From a virus, in the IMG/VR virus record IMGVR_UViG_3300027969_000050, positions 64,001 through 128,000 of that record: a stretch of 64,000 nt of DNA; one strand, given 5' to 3'. The position numbers were made by a program, and so were the translations under genes. Shown here one piece after another: positions 45,549 to 54,646 of this stretch; the stretch's first letter is position 1; every line of letters starts with the position of its first letter. Below the pieces are notes generated by a model, which ran no database searches, had not been told where the DNA came from, and saw only the letters and a list, made by a program, of their open reading frames with translations.

Positions 45549-46640
45549 TTAAAGTTTGATCATGGACTGCGCCGGAAGTCTGTAATAGGTCTCATAGGCC
45601 GCATTGTTAGCGCCAAACGCTGTGGCATTTGGAGCGTAAGATAGCTTAGCAGTCGCCCACGGGAATCCGGATCCGTACTGCACAATAGTTGAGCCAGCCG
45701 GGGCGGAAGGAACCTTAAAGGTATCCGTGTTATTGCCGCCAAACGAATATCCAATGATTGAAAACAGGGCGGTGTATTGACTGGCGTAAGCATTATAAGA
45801 TGCTCCGTTGCAAAGCACCCAGCCATTTGGTTGGGTGGTCCTACCAAAAGAGCTTATTGTTCCAGTAGGTACAGTAATTGCATGCCAGTTGCTGCCATCG
45901 GAATAATAAAGAGAAAATGTGTCATAAGCCCAAAACTGTTTTCCCGCTCCTGCACTGGAAGCGGATGGTCGGTTTACATATGTATCACGAGTCGTTACAA
46001 TTTGGCTTGGAATTGCGCCCGCCGCAAGCTTGGCGGCGGTTACAGCACCGTCTTTAATCTTAGACTCTATTACTGCGTTGGTGGCAAGTTCAGTCTCGCC
46101 AACTTTTCCGGCCCCAATTGCAAGGCTGGAGAAGGTGCCTGTGATTGCTCCTGCCGCAGATGAGGTGGAGTCCAACAGCCTAGTTGTAGTATTAAGCGAC
46201 TCACCAGCAATGTTCTTAATTGAAATCTTGCTTGGGTTGATCGCGGCACTAACGGATATGTTGTCATCGCCAATGACATTCGAATTAATTGAAAGGAGGT
46301 CGTATGTGCCAGATACCTGTGAGCCAACACCCGCTCCAAAGTTAGTAGTAGACGCAAGGGCATTTCCCGCATTTGTCAATGCGCTTCGAAGCTCGCTGGT
46401 AAGCTTAGCTTGATTAACCGAGGCGTCCTTGAGCTTTGCCCCAGTTACCTGATCGTCAGCGATCTTAGCTGTCGTGATCGCGTTGTTCTGAATTCCATTC
46501 GTAGGAATCTGTGTTCCTCCGGTACCCCCGCCCGTATGGTTGTGGGCATCAACCTTTTCCCAGTTTGCCTTCAGTACTGCGTCGTTAAAGTAATCATTAG
46601 GACCCCAAGTAACAAGCCCCATGTTTGGAGTCTCAGCCAT
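45549..46640 (-). CDS. Tail fibre protein with tail-collar domain
   Basis: I...AIT.AKIA repeats; P.G.I..F....P.GWVLCNG...Y..LF.IIG..FG....TF.VP. Confidence 0.85.
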   Translation of the reverse strand: MAETPNMGLVTWGPNDYFNDAVLKANWEKVDAHNHTGGGTGGTQIPTNGIQNNAITTAKIADDQVTGAKLKDASVNQAKLTSELRSALTNAGNALASTTNFGAGVGSQVSGTYDLLSINSNVIGDDNISVSAAINPSKISIKNIAGESLNTTTRLLDSTSSAAGAITGTFSSLAIGAGKVGETELATNAVIESKIKDGAVTAAKLAAGAIPSQIVTTRDTYVNRPSASSAGAGKQFWAYDTFSLYYSDGSNWHAITVPTGTISSFGRTTQPNGWVLCNGASYNAYASQYTALFSIIGYSFGGNNTDTFKVPSAPAGSTIVQYGSGFPWATAKLSYAPNATAFGANNAAYETYYRLPAQSMIKL

Positions 46641-47863
46641 TAGTTCCTAACCTTCATGATGTGCATAATAGAAATATAGCTTGGCCGGTTATCAAAAGTA
46701 CTAAGGCCAGATCCCGTTAGCCCGGTATTTCCCTCCGTTGCCGCAGGTCCAGTCGAGAAACTAGCGTCTCCGTCTAGCGTTGCCGCGCCCGCCCTACCAG
46801 AAACTGGATACTGTTGACCAGAAGGAATTGAATTATTGTTTATCGGCTCCATTGGTCCGCCCGTACTATCTTGCGCGTATCGATGCGCGGTTCCGGCTTT
46901 TGTCACAAAGTTACTATTGCTTTTTGGCCCCTTGCCAGCAGCGACAAGGAAAATATTGTCATTTTTATGCGTGTGCTGCAAGTCAGCAGTTTTAGCACCT
47001 GTTAAAAGGTGGCTGTGAGCGGGAACGCTATGCGTGTGAGCCAACGTATGGCTATGAGCGAGCGAAAGGGTATTCTCTCCGCCAATGTATCCAACCAAAT
47101 CAGGGTTGGTTGCAATCGAAGTCGATACTTGAGGGTCCGAAGTCGTCATTGAAATTTTTGCAAAGTTTGTAGCCGTGTACTCGTGTGGTGCGGCTAATGT
47201 ACTACCGGTGGTGAACGTAGTGTTGCTCGGAAAGATTGTTGGTGCGACAATGGAGTAGGTCCTATTAGGCTGGAGACCAGTAGAATTAGCCAACCGGAAA
47301 GTCTTGGACCCAACGGTCGAGGTCGTAATTTGGAACACGACCCCAATGCCAACTTGGTCTCCGGAGTCAGACGCGCACATTATAAACTTACTTTGAAGAT
47401 TGGGAACGGTAAAATCTTGGGTTCCCAGATCGTGATTACCAGCAGTTAGCGTGCGACCATCGCAAATGACCCAGCTAGGAGTCTTTCCAAAAAGATCGAC
47501 TAGTGTGGCCTCGGTCGGGGTTGGATGCCACCAAGGAACAATTGCGCCAATCGGCATTCTTGCGAATGGGTGCATTTTGCTATAAGTAACGGCCTCGTCA
47601 GCGATCTTTGCGGTCGTAACGGCCTTGTTTACAAGGGCGTCCGTTCCTACCGACTTTGACTGCGTTGAGATAACACCCGGAGCAATTTTATCGATGGTAA
47701 CTGCCCCGGTGGCAATAGAATCGGTCTGAATCAGCTTGCCCTTGCCGGGTGTATGGTCATGGTCCTCTACTTTAAGCCAGTTATCAGCTAGTTGCTGATA
47801 GTTGTACTTATCCGTAGAGGCATTCCAGATTGTAAGGCCCAAGGCCGAAGTAGTAAAAGCCAT
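46640..47863 (-). CDS. Tail fibre or tail-collar protein
   Basis: AVT..KIA repeats; PIGAIVPW...W.ICDG...VPNL..KF; HxH motifs; NRP.Y...HIMK. Confidence 0.85.
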   Translation of the reverse strand: MAFTTSALGLTIWNASTDKYNYQQLADNWLKVEDHDHTPGKGKLIQTDSIATGAVTIDKIAPGVISTQSKSVGTDALVNKAVTTAKIADEAVTYSKMHPFARMPIGAIVPWWHPTPTEATLVDLFGKTPSWVICDGRTLTAGNHDLGTQDFTVPNLQSKFIMCASDSGDQVGIGVVFQITTSTVGSKTFRLANSTGLQPNRTYSIVAPTIFPSNTTFTTGSTLAAPHEYTATNFAKISMTTSDPQVSTSIATNPDLVGYIGGENTLSLAHSHTLAHTHSVPAHSHLLTGAKTADLQHTHKNDNIFLVAAGKGPKSNSNFVTKAGTAHRYAQDSTGGPMEPINNNSIPSGQQYPVSGRAGAATLDGDASFSTGPAATEGNTGLTGSGLSTFDNRPSYISIMHIMKVRN

Positions 47864-47903
47864 CGATACTTAACTGCTTGCTAACGGGCAAAACCCTCTA
47901 TTC

Positions 47904-48137
47904 CTAAAGCAGGATCTTCAGCGCCAAGTCTATTGGACATTCCTTGCTGAGCAAATAACTAGCCTTCCGCCAAGAAAGAGGCTGCTCGTAAGAGCGAACC
48001 CCGTTCTTGGTATTTACTTCTACCGTCATTTTTGCCTCAGATAGCGCTTTTGCATCCTTGGCAGAGAAACCCAGACGTTCAAATTCTGAGATCCTGTATC
48101 GAGCAATTTTGTCCTCGGTTGTTGCAGTTGTAGACAT
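47904..48137 (-). CDS. Hypothetical protein
   Basis: ORF track. Confidence 0.6.
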   Translation of the reverse strand: MSTTATTEDKIARYRISEFERLGFSAKDAKALSEAKMTVEVNTKNGVRSYEQPLSWRKASYLLSKECPIDLALKILL

Positions 48138-48163
48138 GTAAACCCCACGGGTTGTGATTTACT

Positions 48164-49573
48164 TTACTTAAAGTAAGAAACATCGCAATGACCAATCCCG
48201 TCACATGTGTGTGGCGTTGGTCCGGTTTGCCCATCCGTAAACTGAACCGCCCAGAGGTTCTTCTTGGCGATTTCCGGAACATTAGATTCCGGACTTGATG
48301 AATAATTTGCGTGCCAGTAACGAAGCGGCTTTTTGTTTTGATCCACTGGCCACTTTTCCAGAGTTCCATTAATGTACCAGCCGCCACTGTAGAGAACGCG
48401 AACTGTGTATCCAAGACGCGCTACCTCTTTGATGAAGGTCGCAACCCAAACATCTCCCTTTTTGTTCTCAAATTTCGGATCTTCCCAATCGAGGACGATT
48501 CGTTCGTCTGCCTTTAGCTTGCCCGCTTTTTTGATTGCATCAACAAGGTTCTTGGCTTCCGCCTCTGGCTTGTTACCGTTTCCGGGACGAGCAAAGTGAT
48601 AGACAAATCGAGTCAACCCAAGCTTACCGGCTTCTGCAAATCGCTTTACAAACTCATGGTCTTGGAAGGTAGCACCTTCGCTTGCCTTAAGAATAATGAG
48701 AGAATGACCCGCAGCCTTGTACTTAGCCAAATCAATTGGGGCATCGCCCTCATAGATATCAGCAAAGTACTTAGCGTTGGGATTGGCCTTTGGCTTTTTT
48801 GTTGCCTTTGGTTTTGCGGTCGGCTTCTTCTTAGGAGCGGGTTTTGGCTTCGGGGTAGGAGTTGGGGCAGGGGTTGGTTTAGGCGTCGGCTTAACCGGAG
48901 GCTTTGGCGTTGGCGCCTTTGCCTTTGGCTTTTTTACAGCCGGTTTACGAAGAGCCTTCCAAGTTCCGAGTCCTACAACTCCGTCAGCGGTTAGCTTCTT
49001 GGCCTTTTGGAACTTGATAACCTGAGACTTAGTTGCACGGCCAAAAGTATTGCTCTTTGTCGGGTACGGCCAGAAGCCGTGCCTCTTGAGAAGAGTTTTT
49101 AGCGTATGGACCTCGGGGCCTTTGCTGGCTCTAGTTAAGGTTGGATCAGCGTGCCATTTGACAACGGCTGGATAGTTACCAGCCCTCCATTTAAAGTGCC
49201 AAGGCTCTGAAGCGCCATCTGACCACTTTTTGGCCCAGCCAAATTGTTCGCCGTAGTTGGCAATTAAATTTTGTGTGGGCGTGTCAGCGTCAACAGCAAT
49301 TCCTAATCCATGATTTGATGTTCCGGGAACAGCGGCTAGGTTTCCTCCGCTTTTGTATTTTTCCCATGCCGCGTTTTGACTCCATGCCCCACGAGAAAGA
49401 TCTCCGGGTCGTCCCAAAGGCCTGTAAGAGTCATTGACCCCAACGTTCCGTCCGTGCTTCTCTTTACAGAAGCGAGCAAAGGCGTTCCAAGCCTCTGCGG
49501 CGTCGTCGCGTAGTTGCCCCCCGCCAGCGATGCTCGTCAGTTCATATGGTTTAAGTTTTCCGTTAGCGCTCAT
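48164..49573 (-). CDS. Endolysin: M15 peptidase, peptidoglycan-binding domain, Pro/Lys linker, GH25 muramidase
   Basis: SYR...Q...A..PGTSNHG.G.AVD...EPWH; FQ....L.ADG.VG..TW; LKASEG, YHF, LDWED, QFT. Confidence 0.9.
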   Translation of the reverse strand: MSANGKLKPYELTSIAGGGQLRDDAAEAWNAFARFCKEKHGRNVGVNDSYRPLGRPGDLSRGAWSQNAAWEKYKSGGNLAAVPGTSNHGLGIAVDADTPTQNLIANYGEQFGWAKKWSDGASEPWHFKWRAGNYPAVVKWHADPTLTRASKGPEVHTLKTLLKRHGFWPYPTKSNTFGRATKSQVIKFQKAKKLTADGVVGLGTWKALRKPAVKKPKAKAPTPKPPVKPTPKPTPAPTPTPKPKPAPKKKPTAKPKATKKPKANPNAKYFADIYEGDAPIDLAKYKAAGHSLIILKASEGATFQDHEFVKRFAEAGKLGLTRFVYHFARPGNGNKPEAEAKNLVDAIKKAGKLKADERIVLDWEDPKFENKKGDVWVATFIKEVARLGYTVRVLYSGGWYINGTLEKWPVDQNKKPLRYWHANYSSSPESNVPEIAKKNLWAVQFTDGQTGPTPHTCDGIGHCDVSYFK

Positions 49574-49637
49574 TCATTCTCCAATATCGTTATTGTCTAT
49601 TAACAGGTCGGTTTTCTATTTAAAAAATTAAGCTTAG

Positions 49638-50246
49638 TTAAAGCTTTTCTGGGTGTCTAGCGACATAGCCAGACGTTGGTTTTAGTGGTAGTTGCCACCT
49701 TGATGGAGAAGCTCCTGATGTATCAAAAGTCACTCCGGCAACCCGCATCCAAACATGTCCTGAGTTTGGGTATACGGTGATCCACTTACCTTTACCAGAT
49801 ACGCCCCAAGACATGAGCGCACCAGAGGCTAAAGGGGAAGAAATCAACCTTCCTCCATGTAGCGCATAAGAAACTGATCCCGAGCAGTCATAACCGCTTG
49901 AAGCAAACGATCCGTGACCTCCACCCCACAAGTATGGAAGGGTGGCAATTTTATTTCCCGCCCAAATGGTCTTCTTGACCTCATTGGGGGCAGTTTCAGG
50001 AGCATATGCAGTGCCAGATAGGACGACTGCCGTGCTGCCCTCAACGGTTGGCTTGCTGCCCTTAGAAAGGACAATCGGCGCTCGCCAAACGTAATAGGGT
50101 TTTTGTGAACCAGTTTTGTACTGAACCACCTTGATAGCACCTTGAATGCCATCTGGAGATGGGTAATATTGAACAGCCGATGCCGTCCCTGTAAAGAGAA
50201 GGCTGGTAAATAGGGCGGTTACGGCAACCGCCTTGGGGATAAACAT
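49638..50246 (-). CDS. Secreted NlpC/P60 cell-wall peptidase
   Basis: Signal peptide (ASA site); PYLWGGGH...YDCSGSVS...GHV. Confidence 0.88.
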   Translation of the reverse strand: MFIPKAVAVTALFTSLLFTGTASAVQYYPSPDGIQGAIKVVQYKTGSQKPYYVWRAPIVLSKGSKPTVEGSTAVVLSGTAYAPETAPNEVKKTIWAGNKIATLPYLWGGGHGSFASSGYDCSGSVSYALHGGRLISSPLASGALMSWGVSGKGKWITVYPNSGHVWMRVAGVTFDTSGASPSRWQLPLKPTSGYVARHPEKL

Positions 50247-50448
50247 AAATCTTCCTTGGACCACACCCGTTTGTCCTACATTGACTTCGCAAGCCGACTT
50301 CTAGCTGACAACTCAATACTTTCAGCTTATGGCTGGGTGAGACCTAGTGGAATCATCTCCTTCCGTCGAGGTTAACTGATCGTCGCTTACTTGATACTAC
50401 TGACGAATCATTTCTTCTACCTATTAACCGCCGCTTGGAGATCAAAAA

Positions 50449-50520
50449 TGGGGGCGGAAGGACTCGAACCTTCAACCTTCGGCTTAAAAGGCCGCTGCTC
50501 TACCATTGAGCTACGCCCCC
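50449..50520 (-). tRNA. tRNA-Lys(UUU), no encoded CCA
   Basis: GGGGGCGTAGCTCAATGGTAGAGC...CTTTTAA...GGTTCGAGTCC...CGCCCCCA followed by TTTT. Confidence 0.95.
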
Positions 50521-50885
50521 CTTGGAACCGTGACTGCGACCATCGTCTATTCCGGGCAAGCCCTAGTGACTGGTCCACATCGACCTATGCGACGAATATC
50601 ACACTTGGCACTCCCGTCACAGACGGGTTGATCGATGCTTGGCTCCCACAGGACTTACGGCACGGCCCGCCTTGCGATAACCTTTAATAAGACGGTACAG
50701 AACTGCATTCCAACAGTTCCCCGAATGGCCTAAAAGTGTTATCTAACTAGACCTGTTTGCCGGATAACCGTCCGGTCGGCTCTATAGACCTGATCTCATG
50801 CAGACTCCTTGCTTTGCTGTGAATTGGACTTAACTCTTTACTCGCTAAAGTTACGCGAACAACCCATTGACGTAACTTTAACTGC
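50521..50885 (-). ncRNA. Candidate large structured non-coding RNA
   Basis: No credible ORF on the transcribed strand; many complementary stems; lies between two tRNAs. Confidence 0.55.
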
Positions 50886-51316
50886 TAGTACGGGGAGTGG
50901 GACTCGAACCCACACTGAAAGGATTTTAAGTCCTCGTCCTCTGCCAATTGGGATATCCCCGCCTCGACTTCTCTGTGGCAATTAGCGCATAGAAGAACAC
51001 AATTCTCTATTTCTTCCAAACCCTTTTCAAGGGTAAGAAGCGAAATGCCCCTCTTGCTTGTTTTCAGATCTGGGTTCAAATGATGAAACTCAAGAGCGCC
51101 AATATACGAATCATATCCGCACGCAACGCACTTTCCCCCAGCCGACTCAACCAATGCCTTTTTTCTTTCTCTTGCATAGTCTGAGGTTGTTTTGATATAA
51201 GGTTTTTTCTCTTTTCGGTATTTGGCTATCTTTGCTGCGTTTCTACATTTAGTAGAACAGAACTTTCTTTTGGGGCTAATGACTTCGTTTGAGCAATTAT
51301 GCTTATGGCATGTCAT
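50885..51316 (-). CDS. HNH endonuclease (homing type)
   Basis: FCS.KC N-terminal finger; GGKCVACGY...ALEFHH...LLCANCHRE; AT-rich. Confidence 0.88.
   Translation of the reverse strand: MTCHKHNCSNEVISPKRKFCSTKCRNAAKIAKYRKEKKPYIKTTSDYARERKKALVESAGGKCVACGYDSYIGALEFHHLNPDLKTSKRGISLLTLEKGLEEIENCVLLCANCHREVEAGISQLAEDEDLKSFQCGFESHSPY
50889..50962 (-). tRNA. tRNA-Leu(UAA), short variable loop, no encoded CCA
   Basis: GCGGGGATATCCCAATTGGCAGAGGA...CTTAAAA...GGTTCGAGTCCCACTCCCCGTA followed by CTA. Confidence 0.9.
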
Positions 51317-51347
51317 ACTGATTACCGAACGGTAAACACAACTTTAA

Positions 51348-51374
51348 CGTGTATACCGATTCCACCACCCGAGC
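51348..51374 (-). pseudogene. 5' fragment of a tRNA-Leu-like gene
   Basis: GCTCGGGTGGTGGAATCGGTATACACG (acceptor 5' strand and D arm) with no 3' half. Confidence 0.6.
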
Positions 51375-51397
51375 GGGTGAGCCTACAGTATAACAAA

Positions 51398-51470
51398 CTC
51401 CCCGACTAGGACTCGAACCTAGGACCTAACGATTAACAGTCGTTCGCTCTGCCAACTGAGCTATCGGGGA
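51398..51470 (-). tRNA. tRNA-Asn(GUU), no encoded CCA
   Basis: TCCCCGATAGCTCAGTTGGCAGAGC...CTGTTAA...GGTTCGAGTCCTAGTCGGGGAG followed by TTT. Confidence 0.95.
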
Positions 51471-51546
51471 CTATGTACCAAGGCTATCAGGAGAACTTCT
51501 TGATAGCAAGGAATTGACGGGCCGGATTAGCTCCGACCCGCCAGCC

Positions 51547-53278
51547 CTAAATCCCGCAGGCCCCGCCCTTACAACGCTCTTCGCTTTCCTCATAGACAAC
51601 GCCAACATTATCTTTGGCGACCTCATAAGGAACAGCGCTGAGTGGCTGGCCTCCACGCGCACCGTCCGGGTAGGCTGTGATACCACGAAGGCCCGGAAGA
51701 TACTTATAAAGCATGTGTGCAAAATCATCTACTTCTTGCGGATCAACAATCGGATAGGGCAGGTTGATAGTCGAAGAAATAGCGTGATCTACATACTGCT
51801 GCAACCATGCTTGGAACGCAACTCGCTTCTCAATTATAAGCCATCGAGTAGGCGTCCTCAATGCTATCTGGATCAACTCCTTGATCGATTAGCCTTGCGG
51901 CTGTTGGGTCAACAACGTACTGATAACGAATGACATCGCCATCATGACGCGCTTCCTTGTAACGTCGTTTGAACGCCACACAGAAGATTGGCTCAATTCC
52001 TGTAGTCGTCTCTGCGATGATTCCAATAGTCCCGGTAGGGGCAATGGCTCGAGTTTTGACAGGTGCAGAGAGATCGTGCTTAGTGGCCCACTTAGTAGCA
52101 ACCTCAGTGGAAGTCGCATACACCTTAAGCCACTCTTCAAGCTCATCATTGGGTTCGTACTTGACTCCGCGCTTCAAAAGCCATTCATGAATTCCCATTA
52201 GGCCAAGACCAAGACGACGGTTCTTGCTACGAGTATCTGCGATCTCCTCGTGAGGAATATCCGAGTAAACGGTTCCGGCAACCAAGAACAGCGTTGCCAA
52301 ATCCATTACTTCTTCAAGCTCCTCAACGGACTCGATGCGTGACAGGTTCAAAGAACCCAAGTTGCAGATATCCGAATCGTCAGCCGAAGTAACCTCGGTA
52401 CAAGCGTTACGGAGCGTCTCACCAGCGTTATCGCCAATATCAACACTGAAACCCGGCTCGGCGGTTTTAACCATATTCTCTACGCCTAAACGGTAAATTC
52501 TATGAGCGCGTTCGTGCTTTTCATGTTTTGGATCCTCGTAAGCGGCAAAAAACTCATCATCAAGCAAAACACTCACGTTTGTGAATTCCATGCTTGCCGG
52601 GAAGTTGAAATCCTTTTCTTTCAAGGCTCGAACCTCTGGGGACCAATCCTTCATCAAAATAAAAGCTTCGCAATCTTCATGGCTCCAATTAAGTCCAGCC
52701 CAAATAGCTGAACGACGAGCGCCTCCCTGCATTACTCCACGACCAACCTCATTGACAACATTCATCAAAGGAATTGGTCCGGAGGCGATTCCTCCAGTAC
52801 GAGCAATCAAAGATCCAGAAGGGCGAATGTCAGAATAATCAACTCCAACACCTGCTCCTGTCTGGAGGCTCATCGTAACCTTCTTTAAAAGATCAGCCCA
52901 ACCTTCACGAGAATCTTCTGCTCGATAAAGAGCGCAATTCTGCGTCTGATGTAAACCACGACCAGAAGCATAAAGATAACGACCTCCGGGCATGAACTTA
53001 CGCTCAGAGATAAATTGAACTAGTTTCTGAAACTCAGAATCATCAGATGTATAGCCAAGAGAACCAAGAACGTGAGTTACCACGCGCTCTGCGGTTTGAG
53101 GCCAGTCTTCAATTCCGTACTCGTCTTTCCAAGCATACTTCTGTTCGTAGATTGTACGAGCAAAATCGCTAAGAGGATACTTGTCTTTTTCTGCCGATAA
53201 AACTACCGGCTCGCTACTTTTTAGTGACATTTCTTGCCTTCTGGTCTTTGGTGTATCTCTTATAGAGGTGTCGGTCAT
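51547..53278 (-). CDS. nrdJ: Class II (B12-dependent) ribonucleotide reductase, split by a frameshift at about 51835
   Basis: PGGRYL, QNC, RRSA, EPGF, NACTE, CNLGS, APTGT in ORF 51830-53278; VDHAISSTINLP, YPDG.R.GQP and terminal CKGGAC in ORF 51547-51876. Confidence 0.85.
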
Positions 53279-53437
53279 CTTGTCTAAGTGGAAACCCTGC
53301 TTGATATTAGCGATGATTTTTCTGTATTTTCTTTATATCTTTTTGGGCTATCTTAAACAGATGCCAACTGCTTTTCCCAGCCGCCAACCAAGGTTACACC
53401 CCCTGTCAAGTGTCTTAATAAGAGGAAGGAGGTTTCT

Positions 53438-53611
53438 ATGTCTAAACAAGCAACATCAGCACTTTCAGGTTTGGTTGTGGCTATTTTTACGGCCCTAGTG
53501 GCGTTTGGAGTAATTGGTGGGGAGCAGGCTTCAGTAGTTCAGGGAGTCATCATTGCCGCAGTATCTTTTGCTGCGACGGTAGGTATCCGTTCAGCACGCG
53601 CACCCAAGTAG
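53438..53611 (+). CDS. Small two-TM membrane protein, holin-like (57 aa)
   Basis: AAGGAGG SD; MSKQATSALSGLVVAIFTALVAFGVIGGEQASVVQGVIIAAVSFAATVGIRSARAPK. Confidence 0.6.
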   Translation: MSKQATSALSGLVVAIFTALVAFGVIGGEQASVVQGVIIAAVSFAATVGIRSARAPK

Positions 53612-53634
53612 TAGATTAGATATTGCATCCTCTG

Positions 53635-53663
53635 TTGACATCCGACAGGGGATGCTTTATCTT
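53635..53663 (+). promoter_or_regulatory. SigA-type promoter embedded in an inverted repeat
   Basis: TTGACA-17 nt-TATCTT, overlapping GCATCCTCTGT...ACAGGGGATGC. Confidence 0.6.
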
Positions 53664-53671
53664 CTTTCTGA

Positions 53672-53980
53672 ATGGATCTTAAACCTTATCAGATCTGCCG
53701 TAGTAATGACGGCTGGGTACCGGTCAAGATCCACTCCAGCACGAACTCAGATTTGATGTATCGAGTGTACGTCAATCCTTGGGGTCAAGAGCATGAAAAT
53801 ATATGCGAGTGCAGGGGATACACATACACCGGGCATTGCAAACATCAACTGCTTGCGGCTGATAGCGTATGTGGGTGGAGTGAGCTGGATTGCGTTGATC
53901 AGCAAACTCCTGAGCAGATCAAAAATCGCCAATGTCCACGATGCGGTGGACCTACAAAGATCGAGGTCGAAATTGATTGA
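53672..53980 (+). CDS. SWIM zinc-finger protein
   Basis: CECRGY....HCKH; CPRC. Confidence 0.75.
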   Translation: MDLKPYQICRSNDGWVPVKIHSSTNSDLMYRVYVNPWGQEHENICECRGYTYTGHCKHQLLAADSVCGWSELDCVDQQTPEQIKNRQCPRCGGPTKIEVEID

Positions 53981-54389
53981 TGACGAGAACGAGCTTAATG
54001 AAGTAACTACCCTGCTTGGTAGTTCGTATAAAAAGATGAAGGAATCCGAGAAGGAAAAGAATCGGCTCAAAGAGGAATTCTTCCGCATGATCGACAACAG
54101 TGTCGGTGAGGGAGAGGCTTTTGAATACGTCAACAAAACTGATGGGCTGGTGTATTCCCGCCAGATCAGCAACGGCGCTCCGCTTCTAGACGACGAGCGG
54201 CTTCGAGAAGAAGACCCTGAGCTTTGGGATCAAATCACATACATCCCTGAGCCAGAGCGAACTCTTAAGCCTCTGGACGAACTAGATCCAGAACTACTTG
54301 CCAAGGTCGGCAGTTACCTGATCACTGGGCGAGTCACAACCAAGCTTGGCGCCCCAAGAAAGGCAAAGCCAGAAGAACTTGCCGGATGA
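53973..54389 (+). CDS. Hypothetical protein
   Basis: Probable TTG start after GAGG, overlapping the upstream stop. Confidence 0.65.
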   Translation: MIDDENELNEVTTLLGSSYKKMKESEKEKNRLKEEFFRMIDNSVGEGEAFEYVNKTDGLVYSRQISNGAPLLDDERLREEDPELWDQITYIPEPERTLKPLDELDPELLAKVGSYLITGRVTTKLGAPRKAKPEELAG

Positions 54390-54646
54390 GCGATAAGTTC
54401 TACTTCACCGTCACGGACCTTGCTCGAATGATGAACAAGTCTCCGGTAACGGTTAGAAGCTGGGAGCGCAAAGGGTTGATCTCCCTGCCGCGAGATTCGG
54501 GCGGCGATAGAAAGATGTCTATCGAGGACGTCAAGAATACTGCGACCATTGCCAAGCAGTTAGGGCGCATACCAGAATCTAGACTAGAGCTGATAGTGTC
54601 TGCCCTAACGCTGCTCTCATATATAGAGAAGGAGAACAAGAAATGA
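54386..54646 (+). CDS. MerR-like HTH DNA-binding protein
   Basis: T..DLA.......TVRSWERKGLI..PR..GG.R. Confidence 0.8.
   Translation: MSDKFYFTVTDLARMMNKSPVTVRSWERKGLISLPRDSGGDRKMSIEDVKNTATIAKQLGRIPESRLELIVSALTLLSYIEKENKK

Noticed and set aside
50247-50430. c-di-AMP (ydaO) riboswitch
   Set aside because: Only GTCAGCTA matches; the conserved GAAUC and GGGG elements are absent
50521-50885. tmRNA, RNase P RNA, raiA motif or group I intron
   Set aside because: No tRNA-Ala-like ends and no GAGGAAAGUCC; only a 10-nt GTAAGTCCTG resemblance to raiA; both flanking tRNAs are uninterrupted
51830-51832. Stop-codon reassignment (alternative genetic code)
   Set aside because: The NrdJ continuation is in a different frame, and TGA, TAG and TAA all terminate other genes normally
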